From IMG/VR virus record IMGVR_UViG_3300026518_000006, positions 124,001-188,000 of that record: a DNA stretch of 64,000 nt; one strand, given 5' to 3'. The position numbers and the translations under genes are program-made. The notes below the pieces were generated by a model that made no database searches, was not told where the DNA came from, and was given only the letters and a program-made list of their open reading frames with translations. Positions 19,101-28,931 of this stretch are shown here, piece by piece (the first letter of the stretch is position 1; the number at the start of each line of letters is the position of its first letter).

Positions 19101-19971
19101 AAAAAGCTCCTATTAGATTTTCTTTTGTTATAGATGATTTCCAATTTTTAGATGAATTTAATTCTGATGGCAACATCTCTAAATTAATGATATTTCCTAT
19201 TATATAAGGAGGGATACCTTCCTTAAACCCCATAATTTTTGAAAATTTATGGTCTATATTATAAAAACCTTTTCCTCTCCCTCTTTTGTTATAGTTCGTC
19301 AAGGTATATAAATCTTGAGCTTTAGTTACTTTATCCACTTCTCTACAGTATAATTCATAATCTGAGAGTTCACTTTCTTTTACCCAAAGTCCGTTAATTT
19401 CCTTTAATTTTCTATAATTTTTTACTCTACATTTTATTTTCCCACAAGTAGGTCTATACCCTTGTCCATATGATAAATATTTTCTTGGTTTACAACAATA
19501 TTCACATTTTGGCTCTTCTTTCATATCATTCATAAATAAATATATATTTTTAGATATATTATTTGTTATTTTAGGTATAGAACCATAGATATCCATTATT
19601 AACTGATTTTTATTATGGTAGTTATCGGGTTTTATTTTGGATATGTAATTTTTAAGGTCATTTACGGATTTATCGAGTTTATTTTCAAGTTTCGGTGCAT
19701 TTAAATCATCCATTTGGCATTTGTGTGAGCAATATTTAGCATAACCATCTGATATATTTTTAAATTTTGTTTTTGCACCACATTTACATATTGGGGGTAT
19801 TAAAATGTTATGTTTTATAATATATAGCAACTCATTCAATTTATTTGTAGTTGGTGGAATTTTTGCATTTTCTAATAATTTTTGATAGTGAATTTTATAG
19901 AACTCAGATTTTGATGTTAATTTTCCAAAGCTTTCAAACTCTAACAACTCAATAATTGACAGTTCTTTCAT
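19075..19971 (-). mobile_element. Free-standing HNH homing endonuclease with Zn-ribbon repeats
   Basis: NIDHKFS...NLEML..LNSSKN motif and two PxC..C..F..GY..C repeats. Lies between IntN2 and IntC2. Confidence 0.75.
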
Positions 19972-20659
19972 ATAACTCTTTTATAGTAATTTTTTCTTCT
20001 TTTAATGTTTTTTTATTTATAACTTCTACCGTAGTATCAGGAGATACACAAGTATATCCACGAAAGCTGTCACTTGATGGGCTGTCTGTCATAATCCTTG
20101 TGCCGTTTTCAAACTCGATATTTGATTTGTTCCACACCGATATCCCATTCATAAGCCATATTGGAAGCTCTAAGAAAACCTTTTTAATTTTATCCAATAC
20201 TTCACGGGCTGTGGACGGTTTATTGGCTACAATCCCAATATTTATAGCAGTATCGTGAAACATAGCTCTCCACAACAGATAGTTGCCCACTGTAACCGTA
20301 TTATGGCTAAGAATATCATTAGTGTAATAAAGATTATCCCCACTAACACTTAAATCATACATTTCTTCTGAGTACCCTAAATCTATTACTTTCGTTACTT
20401 TTGAATCGCCTTTTTTTGTATTTAAGATTTTTCCTAAACTATTTTTTGCAAATACTTCTTGAAAGTCATTAGTAATTAAAATATGGTCATCAGCACACTT
20501 TATTTTTAGTCCATTTTGCAGGTGCACTTCATATAATCTGTATTTAACAGTTTTATTAGTTTTAGTTATATCTCTCCAACCATCGTGGCTTTCGACTTGC
20601 CAATCATTGACATCAAATTGTTCTGTAAATTTTCGGTTTATTTTATCTGATAGTTTCAT
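19949..20659 (-). CDS. gp17: Large terminase fragment 2: IntC1 (120 aa), 83-aa extein, IntN2 (33 aa)
   Basis: CADDH block B, LSHN|TVTVGN...DSFRGYT|CVSPDTTVEV. Confidence 0.92.
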   Translation of the reverse strand: MKLSDKINRKFTEQFDVNDWQVESHDGWRDITKTNKTVKYRLYEVHLQNGLKIKCADDHILITNDFQEVFAKNSLGKILNTKKGDSKVTKVIDLGYSEEMYDLSVSGDNLYYTNDILSHNTVTVGNYLLWRAMFHDTAINIGIVANKPSTAREVLDKIKKVFLELPIWLMNGISVWNKSNIEFENGTRIMTDSPSSDSFRGYTCVSPDTTVEVINKKTLKEEKITIKELYERTVNY

Positions 20660-21918
20660 TATTTTAGCCCATATTTATTTTTAAAATTTGTAGTGAAATT
20701 TTCCAAATCTTTTTTATTTATTTTTAATATGTTTTGTAATATATCTTCATCAAAACATTCAGTAGAAGAAAAATGATTATACTTCTTCGTTACTCTATTA
20801 TTCTTCGATAAAATATATTGCTCTTTATAGAAAGCTTTATCGTAAGGCATTTTCTCTGTATAGATAACATTATATGATAATCCGTTTTTGACTTCAAATA
20901 TTGACTGACTCCCCCACCTTGATATAATTCCTTGAGATGTTATGCCTATTTTATAAAAAACATCTCTTGAATTATAAAACTTAATATAATAAAGAATAGT
21001 TTCTGTATTTTTTGCCCAATAGTTTTTCTTTCTTATCAAATCTATACTCCATCCTATGTGCTCACCTTTCCCTTTATCTCTATTAATTCTCTCTAATTCT
21101 TCTTTTGGTTTTGATTGTAGAGTTTTTTGCCACTTTTGTTGTCTTTGATTAAATATAATTAATCCTTCTTCACCATATCTCTCAATACATTTCTCTAAAG
21201 AAAAAGTGCTTTGTCGTTCTGATAATAATCTTTTAGCTTCATTTTCATTATAACCTCGTTTTAAATAATACTCTAAAGTACAATCATTATTACCATTTTC
21301 CTTATTCGATTTCGATATTTTAGAATGAACTTCATTTATTTTTTGCTGTTTTTCTTCCTCTGTTAAACCTTGATATTTTATAAAGTTTTTAGAGCCACTT
21401 GAATACTTTCCACCGTGATTTTTGGCAGGATTATTATCTGAAGTGAACCCCTTTACTTGTTTGTCAATATTATGTAGTCCATATCGTACAATAGTTCCTA
21501 ATAGTCCATTTGATTTCTTTACATTTAATATATATCGTTGTCTTTCAAGGAACTTTGTTTTCATCCCATCAGATATAAACTTAGCAAAATTATCTATCTT
21601 CATATATTCGCCTTTATTTAAATAATATAGGCACTTTTTTAACTCTCTGAATTGAGATAATGTAGGAAATTTATTTAAGTTACTATAAAAGGATTTTTGA
21701 TTGAATAACCACCTTAAATCTTTTTCTTTATATGGTTTACCTTTGTTATCCAATTTAATTTTCAATTTAATTTTCAATTTATCTATTTCATTTTTATGAA
21801 CTAAATTAGTTGTTTTATTATAAGGAATGTATTCAACTTCTGAAAAGTCTATATATGGTATTTTTGAAACTCTTATATAGTTTGGCGAATAATGAAGTCT
21901 TCTGTTTACTTTGCTCAT
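20659..21918 (-). mobile_element. Free-standing homing endonuclease, GIY-YIG/T5orf172-like C-terminal domain
   Basis: LYYIKF...FYKIGIT....R...EQ motif and RYGEEG repeat. Lies between IntN1 and IntC1. Confidence 0.7.
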
Positions 21919-22480
21919 TTATCATTTCGTGGAATTCACCAATCGGCATTTTCACTAATTCTCCTGTGTGTTTGTTTTTTATATTTATAATAGTTGAAAA
22001 GTCGTTGCATTTACCGCTCTGTCTCGGATAAAGTACAACTAAATCCTCTAAACTCAGGAGCTCATCTTCTAAAAATACTTGGTATCTTCTTGGTTCAGGT
22101 CTTGCCAATCCTGTTTTTGTAGTGATGAAACAATAATTACTTCTGAAATATTTAAATGATTTCTTACACTTTTCTATTTCTATTTTGTGCAGAGTATTTA
22201 AATCTAATTCAGTTTTTTCACGCTTTAAAACACGAATACCATTGTATGATATTTTATTGCCGTATTTATCGGTATAATAACCATTTTCATTTCTTGGAGG
22301 TGTTAATAATAACAACAAGCCATCGTGTTCTTCAGGAGTCCAATCATAGGTATTCTGCACAAATTTTAAAAATGTTTTTTCCTCTAATAATTGGTCTAAT
22401 AAATCATAGATGTATTCATCTTCAGTGAGGTCTTTTACTTTAGTCAGTAGTTTTCTGTATTTTTTATCTAAATTAGTCAT
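21833..22480 (-). CDS. gp17: Large terminase fragment 1: N-terminus to Walker A plus short IntN1 (from 22009)
   Basis: EIEKCKKSFKYF..NY, RRYQ, PRQSGK|CNDFSTIINI. Confidence 0.9.
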   Translation of the reverse strand: MTNLDKKYRKLLTKVKDLTEDEYIYDLLDQLLEEKTFLKFVQNTYDWTPEEHDGLLLLLTPPRNENGYYTDKYGNKISYNGIRVLKREKTELDLNTLHKIEIEKCKKSFKYFRSNYCFITTKTGLARPEPRRYQVFLEDELLSLEDLVVLYPRQSGKCNDFSTIINIKNKHTGELVKMPIGEFHEMINEQSKQKTSLFAKLYKSFKNTIYRLFRS

Positions 22481-22539
22481 ATATTATTTATATTGTAATG
22501 GATATTCTATATCATAAAGTAAAATAGGAGTAGTTTAAA

Positions 22540-22578
22540 AGATTTTACTTTTTAAAAAAGTAAAATCTTTTAAAGAGG
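22540..22578. repeat. Palindromic intergenic element, copy 2
   Basis: AGATTTTACTTTTTAAAAAAGTAAAATCTTTTAAAGAGG. Confidence 0.85.
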
Positions 22579-22585
22579 TTGTATA

Positions 22586-22933
22586 TTAGAATTTGTTTGT
22601 GGTTTTTTCAAGCTTTTTGATTGTAGTTTTTAAGCTCTTTTCAAAAGCACTTAATGCTTGGGCTATTTCTGATGAAGCTTTTTTCATAATCTCAGTGTAT
22701 TGCTTTTCGATTTCAAGCCAATCTTTTTCATCATACTCAGCTTTGGTAGCTTCTACCGATTTTATTTTCGGTAAAAGCGAACTACCTGATACTCTGAAGC
22801 CCATAAGATTGTTGTTGGCTTCTTTTTCTATGAATACATTTACTAACTCACCGAATACAGACAGCCCATTATAATTACCATCAGCCTCTATTCTTTCATT
22901 TAGTACTGCTTCAAATATCTCTCTAAATTCCAT
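22586..22933 (-). CDS. Late protein, possible internal head protein
   Basis: TATAAATA at 22956-22963, N-terminus MEFREIFEAVLNE. Confidence 0.55.
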   Translation of the reverse strand: MEFREIFEAVLNERIEADGNYNGLSVFGELVNVFIEKEANNNLMGFRVSGSSLLPKIKSVEATKAEYDEKDWLEIEKQYTEIMKKASSEIAQALSAFEKSLKTTIKKLEKTTNKF

Positions 22934-22989
22934 AGTACGCCTTATATGTTTTAATTATTTATAAAACAAGCGTTCTATTGTAAAATCTG

Positions 22990-23328
22990 TTATCTATATC
23001 GAACTAACCCGTCTTCCAACATTTCATTAAGATAGGTGCCACCATTATAAAATATTGAAATGAAATCAATAGAGCCGTCATCATTCTCCACAATACTATT
23101 ATAATATGATGGGTCGAATTTTTCAACATCTTCTTTTTGATATAAAATATCATCAATAACAATATACTCATCACTATTTTCTCTGATATCTTCTACATAT
23201 GTTGCACTATACTCACTTTTCTCAATACTATTTTCTTCGTAAATTCTTTTACAAGTTTCTTCGATATCTTCATAACCGTCCACTTCTACAGGAACCAATC
23301 TACCTTTATATCCTACTGTTTCGCTCAT
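22990..23328 (-). CDS. Acidic hypothetical protein
   Basis: ORF with RBS. Confidence 0.6.
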   Translation of the reverse strand: MSETVGYKGRLVPVEVDGYEDIEETCKRIYEENSIEKSEYSATYVEDIRENSDEYIVIDDILYQKEDVEKFDPSYYNSIVENDDGSIDFISIFYNGGTYLNEMLEDGLVRYR

Positions 23329-23345
23329 TATAATCTCCTTTTTAT

Positions 23346-23522
23346 TTAAGCTTTATATCCATCAGCAGTTTTTACACCAAAAGAAGTAAAAACTCTGTAT
23401 AGAACCTCTTTGCATTCACTACATTTTTCTTCTTTTGAACTCTCAGTAACAGGTTTTACAATTTCAACTGTTTTATTATAGTTATTACACTTATCATTTC
23501 TACATTCATATAGATATGTCAT
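23346..23522 (-). CDS. FmdB-like zinc-ribbon protein (58 aa)
   Basis: Hand translation MTYLYECRNDKC...KCSECKEVLYRVF. Confidence 0.7.
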   Translation of the reverse strand: MTYLYECRNDKCNNYNKTVEIVKPVTESSKEEKCSECKEVLYRVFTSFGVKTADGYKA

Positions 23523-23546
23523 TTATTTTCCTTATTTAAAAATTTT

Positions 23547-23783
23547 TTAGTCATAGTCTTCTCCTTTTGATTTCGGGGTGTGATGAAAAATCTTTTTATC
23601 TATAAACCAAAATATAATACCACCAAAAAATGAACCCACCATAAGATTAGTCCATAATGGTAAGTGTGCTTCAAGAAAAGCCATAAACGGAAACATAACA
23701 AAACCGCTTATTTGCCATCTTGCCATATAAATTAACCACTTCTTGTTTATCTTCATTTTTTTAAAACTCAATTGTTCCCCCAT
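23547..23783 (-). CDS. Small membrane protein
   Basis: Two TM segments. Confidence 0.55.
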   Translation of the reverse strand: MGEQLSFKKMKINKKWLIYMARWQISGFVMFPFMAFLEAHLPLWTNLMVGSFFGGIIFWFIDKKIFHHTPKSKGEDYD

Positions 23784-24534
23784 CTACATCCCCATTACAA
23801 ACATCTCTGAACTCACAATAATCACACAGTGGACTTGTTATCTTTTCAAACACTTCGTCTTTTTCTGCTTTGATAATAGGCAGTAAAAGAGCCTTTTTGT
23901 AATCTTGTACTCTTTCTCTTGTAAGAGTGTACTCAAGTGTCGTGTTGTGCTCAACAAAAACGTAGACTATTTTTATTTTATCCACAGGAAATTTAGCAAA
24001 GTACCAACTTCCATAGTGCATAAGTTGGTCAGGTGTCTGTTTTATACCACTACTGCCACTTTTATCTTTGCCAGTCTTCCAATCAATAATTCTAACTAAA
24101 TCTGTGGTTTTATCAACAACAACACGGTCTATCAACCCTCTAAATAGAGTATCTTTATCAAGGTATTCACAAGGCTCTAATTTCTTGTTGAGTGCTACCT
24201 TTAATTCGGTTCCTAATTCAAAATCACCAAAGATACTTTTGGCTATATCTGTTTCTACAAATTTTCTATAAACTTGAATACACTCTTTTATTACTTCTTT
24301 CGTGAAATAAGGGCTTGTATTGATGTCGTCATCAAATTTCAGCTTATCTATACTTTCTTTGAGTGTTAATTTGTTATGGTATTCTAATAGGTGGTGTATG
24401 ATTTTACCTCTTGTCAACGCCAAACTATGTTCTTCAAAAGGAAGCTTTATTTTATCTACATATTTGTATTTGAATTTCCTTGGACATTGCTCATAAGTTG
24501 CCAATCTTGAGGCACTATACGGGGCATATTTCAT
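23761..24534 (-). CDS. Cas4/RecB-like PD-(D/E)xK exonuclease with 4-Cys Fe-S motif
   Basis: SASRL..YEQCP, RG..IH, GLIDRV, IIDWKTGK, Q..Y, CDYCEFRDVC. Confidence 0.85.
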   Translation of the reverse strand: MKYAPYSASRLATYEQCPRKFKYKYVDKIKLPFEEHSLALTRGKIIHHLLEYHNKLTLKESIDKLKFDDDINTSPYFTKEVIKECIQVYRKFVETDIAKSIFGDFELGTELKVALNKKLEPCEYLDKDTLFRGLIDRVVVDKTTDLVRIIDWKTGKDKSGSSGIKQTPDQLMHYGSWYFAKFPVDKIKIVYVFVEHNTTLEYTLTRERVQDYKKALLLPIIKAEKDEVFEKITSPLCDYCEFRDVCNGDVDGGTIEF

Positions 24535-24604
24535 TATTATTTTCCTTGATTTGATTTTATATGGTACCATAAAAATCTTATAAATAACTAAAAAGGTAAA
24601 ATTT

Positions 24605-24895
24605 ATGCTTGGGAATATTTTAGAAGAATTGAGAGAGGAATATAAAACCTACGATATAGAGAAGATAGACGAATATGTTTCTGATAAAGTGATGAATAAA
24701 GTGTATGGTATTTTAAAAGCGTATGGGTTTGACTGCTCTTCAACAGAAGATTATATTATTGATTTTTTGGTCAAAACATCTAAAAAGCTCAGATATCACG
24801 AAATAGAAGAATTGGCTAAAGATTTTTTCGATGGTAATTGTGATAGACATTTATTATTCAAAATATTATCACCAAAAAAGAAATTAGTCCTTTAA
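24605..24895 (+). CDS. Late hypothetical protein
   Basis: TATAAATA at 24579-24586 and RBS. Confidence 0.55.
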   Translation: MLGNILEELREEYKTYDIEKIDEYVSDKVMNKVYGILKAYGFDCSSTEDYIIDFLVKTSKKLRYHEIEELAKDFFDGNCDRHLLFKILSPKKKLVL

Positions 24896-25177
24896 ATCTT
24901 CTTCATAGGGAGGGAGTTCTTGAACTCTCTTCATAACTTCAGTTACTTCAAAATGAGTCAAATACCCCATAACATCATTAGTAATATCTGTATTGTAACA
25001 TATTTCATCCCCTTTAAATATAGCTAACTCGTATGTATCAACACCATTGCTATAAAACATATCGCCAAATACAACACTTACCGAGTAACCATTGTCAAAT
25101 TCACAAAATGCTTTTTTGGCATTTTTATCAAGAGTATTAAAATGTGGTTTAAATATTAATGAGCGAAAAGTTTTCAT
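24884..25177 (-). CDS. Conserved phage hypothetical protein
   Basis: FDNGYSVSV...YELAI..G...Y.T.IT.DV.GYL pattern. Confidence 0.65.
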   Translation of the reverse strand: MKTFRSLIFKPHFNTLDKNAKKAFCEFDNGYSVSVVFGDMFYSNGVDTYELAIFKGDEICYNTDITNDVMGYLTHFEVTEVMKRVQELPPYEEDLKD

Positions 25178-25186
25178 TGATTTCCT

Positions 25187-25459
25187 TTAGACCATATATT
25201 CAGGGTAAGCCTTACTAAGCAACTCTTCCATTTCTATATAATTTTTCTTTTTATCGGCTTTTCTTATTTTCTTGACAAGTTCATTTGGAAGAACTTCAAC
25301 TATTATTATTTCTGTTTCATCTTCAACAGGTATATTATCTTCCAATAGACCTAAATCGAAACCATACACATCAGATATTATGTTTGGTTCAGCAATCTTT
25401 TCAGCTATAAATATACCTCCATCATCAGGGTTTGATGGTTTGTAAAAATATATCACCAT
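25187..25459 (-). CDS. Hypothetical protein with C-terminal tag PEYMV
   Basis: ORF, terminal motif. Confidence 0.6.
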   Translation of the reverse strand: MVIYFYKPSNPDDGGIFIAEKIAEPNIISDVYGFDLGLLEDNIPVEDETEIIIVEVLPNELVKKIRKADKKKNYIEMEELLSKAYPEYMV

Positions 25460-25493
25460 ACCCCAACACTAATGTCTTTAACAAAAGCCTTAT

Positions 25494-25712
25494 TCAACAA
25501 AAATATGCTCCTCCAAGTTTGCTTAAAAAAATTCCACTCTCATATACTACATTATAAAATGAGAAGAAATAATCAGCAGCGGTTTTAGTTTCTAAAATAA
25601 AAAGCTTTTCTCTTTTAGGGTCGTGTATATCTATGTATGCTTTCGCCTTATTTCTTTCATAAAATTGAGCTTCTAAGCCACAACTATTTACATCAATTAC
25701 ATTAAAAATCAT
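25494..25712 (-). CDS. Hypothetical protein
   Basis: ORF in the small-gene cluster. Confidence 0.45.
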   Translation of the reverse strand: MIFNVIDVNSCGLEAQFYERNKAKAYIDIHDPKREKLFILETKTAADYFFSFYNVVYESGIFLSKLGGAYFC

Positions 25713-25955
25713 CTAATTCTTCTTTAAATTATTTTTTATTGCTTCAAGTTTTTCGTATTCTTCTATGGATAACAGTACCCCTTTAGGCTCTCCATTTTCT
25801 AATAGGGTAATACTTCCCAATATAGGCAGAGCTTCAAAGATTTTTTCAAACTCTGATTCAGACACTTTATTAAAATCTTCCACATTTATCATAACAATAG
25901 GAGTGCTAAGTGTATTATTTGATGTGTTGTTTGGTGTTTTGAAATCAGAACTCAT
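25713..25955 (-). CDS. Phd/YefM antitoxin-like small protein
   Basis: ITLLENGEPKGVLLSIEEYEKL resembles the Phd/YefM core. Confidence 0.5.
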   Translation of the reverse strand: MSSDFKTPNNTSNNTLSTPIVMINVEDFNKVSESEFEKIFEALPILGSITLLENGEPKGVLLSIEEYEKLEAIKNNLKKN

Positions 25956-26140
25956 TTATTTCTCCATCTATTGGCTTAGAAAATTTTTTAATAACTTTTT
26001 TCATAAATACTAATTTGTTTTTATCTTTAAAGACTTCCTCTTTTATAGCGTATTTCCACATAGTATCATCCTTATTTTATAATTATAGCATATAAAACTT
26101 ATTTATACCTTAATAAACAAAATGCTTCTACATAATATGT

Positions 26141-26405
26141 TCATATAAAATATTCTCCAAAAGTACTCAAAATAATATCCATAAGAGCTTCTTTTGGTAT
26201 AGGCTCATTTATATTTTGATTAATGAGCAAATTACACCATACTCCTTGTCCATCGTTGGTAAATTGTTTTTATATGTGAAAGTTTGTAGAACCAAATCTG
26301 TTTATCCTCATCACCAAAATCCTTGTATGCTTCTGTGCACTCAAACATATTTAAATTTGATGATAAAAAACCATCTGAACAAGTTATTGAAATTATACTA
26401 TACAT
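26141..26405 (-). pseudogene. Frameshifted ORF ending TFGEYFI
   Basis: Removing one A near 26270 gives an 87-aa ORF ending in the shared tag. Confidence 0.55.
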
Positions 26406-26422
26406 TTTGCTATGCCTGTTAG

Positions 26423-26727
26423 TTAAAATGGCATTTCGTGGAGTTCATAAAAATCAGGAACAGATATCAAGTGTTCAGGAAATTGTCGTTCAAATTCTGC
26501 CATAAGGTGCTCTGTGTTCAAATTAATCTCCTGTATAATCTTTTCGCCATCTTCAGTATCCACTTTAACATCTACTATAAGATGGTTATTACCACCGTAA
26601 TGTTGCCTGTATGTAACACATACAATATTTTCACTTGTAAAGTTGAATAATATACCTTATAATCATAAGGCGTTGTGAATTTTGCGGGCTTTGCTCTATC
26701 AATTACTTCTTTATATCACTCAACCAT
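26423..26727 (-). pseudogene. Disrupted ORF (TGA plus frameshift) containing QFPEHLI near its end
   Basis: TGA at 26716-26718 and a -1 nt lesion near 26657. Confidence 0.5.
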
Positions 26728-26751
26728 AACCATCCTCTATTCTATATGGTG

Positions 26752-26919
26752 TTAATAATCTGAAGGATTATCAATAAATCCAACTAAAGCGATGGCTCCA
26801 ATGATTGCACCAAATACTACCACAGTCTTTAAAACTTTATCTTTGGTATCTTTATCTTCTGCATTAAGCCACTCAAACCCATCATCAATTTTGTTTTCAA
26901 TTTTAACTATTAGTTCCAT
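26752..26919 (-). CDS. Small early membrane protein (55 aa)
   Basis: Hand translation; first ORF after the consensus promoter. Confidence 0.6.
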   Translation of the reverse strand: MELIVKIENKIDDGFEWLNAEDKDTKDKVLKTVVVFGAIIGAIALVGFIDNPSDY

Positions 26920-26950
26920 TTTCAAATCCTTTTCACTCTAAATATACTGT

Positions 26951-26979
26951 ATTATAGTGTAATAATTTTAAAATGTCAA
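26951..26979 (-). promoter_or_regulatory. Sigma70 early promoter
   Basis: TTGACA-N17-TATAAT. Confidence 0.88.
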
Positions 26980-26989
26980 GCTCTTTTAA

Positions 26990-27028
26990 ATATTTTACTT
27001 TTTTAAAAAGTAAAATATTTAAAAGAGC
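26990..27028. repeat. Palindromic intergenic element, copy 3
   Basis: ATATTTTACTTTTTTAAAAAGTAAAATATTTAAAAGAG, with both arms changed in a compensatory way (G to T, C to A). Confidence 0.8.
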
Positions 27029-27045
27029 CCATAAAGGCTCCTCTG

Positions 27046-27771
27046 TTATATAAATACTTCAGGAAACGCTTCTTTGATATACTTGTAAATAGCATTTGTC
27101 ATCTGAAGTTTAAGGAAAGCACTTGAAGACTTTCTTCCCGCTTTGAGTTCAATGTTACCTGTCTTTTTGCTTTTCAGTTTTACAAAATAATCACCTTCTT
27201 CGTATTTTTTAATCATTGCATTGGTGTAGTCGTAAACATTTTTATAAATCTCACTCACATTCCAATCGACCAACTCAACAAAGTTATCTTTTGACATAGG
27301 TTGCTTGAATACAATATCTCTCACAGCAATCTTAAAATCATCTCTCACAGGGGTATGTTTAAGTTTTTCAACAGCCGATTTTGCGTTTTCAATAGCATCA
27401 ATAAGCTCATCTTTATTTACTGAAATGTTGTCTACAATAATTTTTGCTTGCTCTCCAATATGAAGCTTTCTGTTTAGATTTAGTGGGATAATAAAACCAT
27501 TATCGTTGTATTTAAAACTAAACGCACGAGAACGGTCATAAGAGTTTTCAATTGAAATTGTAGCCCCTTTGTAATCTAAATATACAGAGTGAGCTGAGTT
27601 AAAGTTGTAGTACTTTACTCCATACTTAAAACTAAACTCAGGCTCAAGATGTTCAATGATTTCGCTTGTATAGATAGGGACATACTTTTCCGATACATTC
27701 TCATCGATAATTTCGAGTGCCTTTACTTCTTCTTTTGTATTAAGAATTTGAATCTTTCCTGCCATTTGCAA
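27046..27771 (-). CDS. Hypothetical protein with C-terminal tag PEVFI
   Basis: ORF, terminal motif. Confidence 0.65.
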   Translation of the reverse strand: MQMAGKIQILNTKEEVKALEIIDENVSEKYVPIYTSEIIEHLEPEFSFKYGVKYYNFNSAHSVYLDYKGATISIENSYDRSRAFSFKYNDNGFIIPLNLNRKLHIGEQAKIIVDNISVNKDELIDAIENAKSAVEKLKHTPVRDDFKIAVRDIVFKQPMSKDNFVELVDWNVSEIYKNVYDYTNAMIKKYEEGDYFVKLKSKKTGNIELKAGRKSSSAFLKLQMTNAIYKYIKEAFPEVFI

Positions 27772-27906
27772 TCCTTTTTAATAATATGGTAGAGAAAGTA
27801 TAAGACAAAAAGCCTTTAATATACCTTAATAGAATAATATTTTAAAGGGATTTTTAGATTGTTTGTAGATTATTGGATAAGATTAGTGAACACAATGGCT
27901 CACTAA

Positions 27907-28923
27907 TCAGAAGAGTGGTAAAAGCCCAATTAAATCAACAGCACCATACTTCATAAAGTAGTCTATAAGTGCTTGCTCATTCTTTTTGGAAGAGGCATTA
28001 TCGTATTCGTTTATTATGGCTTGTTTTATTTCATCAGGTATTCCGCTTGGAAGTGCTAATTTTTTATTAAGCTCATAATTTAACTTATATATCGGGTTTC
28101 TTGATAAAAACTCATCAATAGTAAACCCCTCTTTTTCCATCTTCTTTTTGAAAGTTTTGGCTCCCATTCGTGGGTGTTTGTATGCACTTTTCCCTGTTTT
28201 TTTACGAAAAGCTAAATCAATTTCGTGTCGCTTTGGGTAAGCTTTAAGTTCTGTTACATCAGGGTACATAGCCTTAAATTCATCGGAAAATTGACTATAA
28301 TAAACAACAGGAAACAGGTAGTCCCCTCTATCTCCAAACATACAATGCTCAAATTTAAGGTTTTCTATTTCTGCTTCATTAAACTCCACCCAACCACATT
28401 GCTTGTCCTTTACATTGTGTTTGGTTTCCCAATATTTTACATTAGGGTGTACCAAATTGTAAATCCAATCGTGGTCTAAAGACTTAATTATAACCTCGTG
28501 ACCTCTTTTGGACAATTCTTCAGACAATACAAATCCGACATCATCACCCTCCGCACCTTTTAGTTTTATAATTTTGAAAGAAGAGTGATTTCTTAAAAGT
28601 TCCACAATCTCAGATTGTGTCTGTTTCACTTTTTTCCAATCAATTCCACTTTTATCTTCTGTCTGTCTACCGTATTTGTAACCACTCCAAAGCTTTTCAC
28701 GCCAGTATGGTTTAGCATCAATAGCGAGTACAAGTTCGTCATATTCAAATTTGTATTTGAACTTTGCTATGTAGTCCAAAACTTTATAGATGAAGATATC
28801 TTTATATTCATCAAAATTATAAAGACCGTCATCGCCTACATTTAAAGTTTTTGAAGCTTCAGTAGTAGTACTAAAAGCCCATCTGTAAAAGATTGGGCTC
28901 ATATCAACGATTAAGGTCTTCAT
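27907..28923 (-). CDS. rnh: T4-type RNase H (5'-3' exonuclease)
   Basis: LIVDMS, LAID...YWR, EGDD, SLDHDW, GDRGD. Confidence 0.88.
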   Translation of the reverse strand: MKTLIVDMSPIFYRWAFSTTTEASKTLNVGDDGLYNFDEYKDIFIYKVLDYIAKFKYKFEYDELVLAIDAKPYWREKLWSGYKYGRQTEDKSGIDWKKVKQTQSEIVELLRNHSSFKIIKLKGAEGDDVGFVLSEELSKRGHEVIIKSLDHDWIYNLVHPNVKYWETKHNVKDKQCGWVEFNEAEIENLKFEHCMFGDRGDYLFPVVYYSQFSDEFKAMYPDVTELKAYPKRHEIDLAFRKKTGKSAYKHPRMGAKTFKKKMEKEGFTIDEFLSRNPIYKLNYELNKKLALPSGIPDEIKQAIINEYDNASSKKNEQALIDYFMKYGAVDLIGLLPLF

Positions 28924-28931
28924 ATGGTGCC

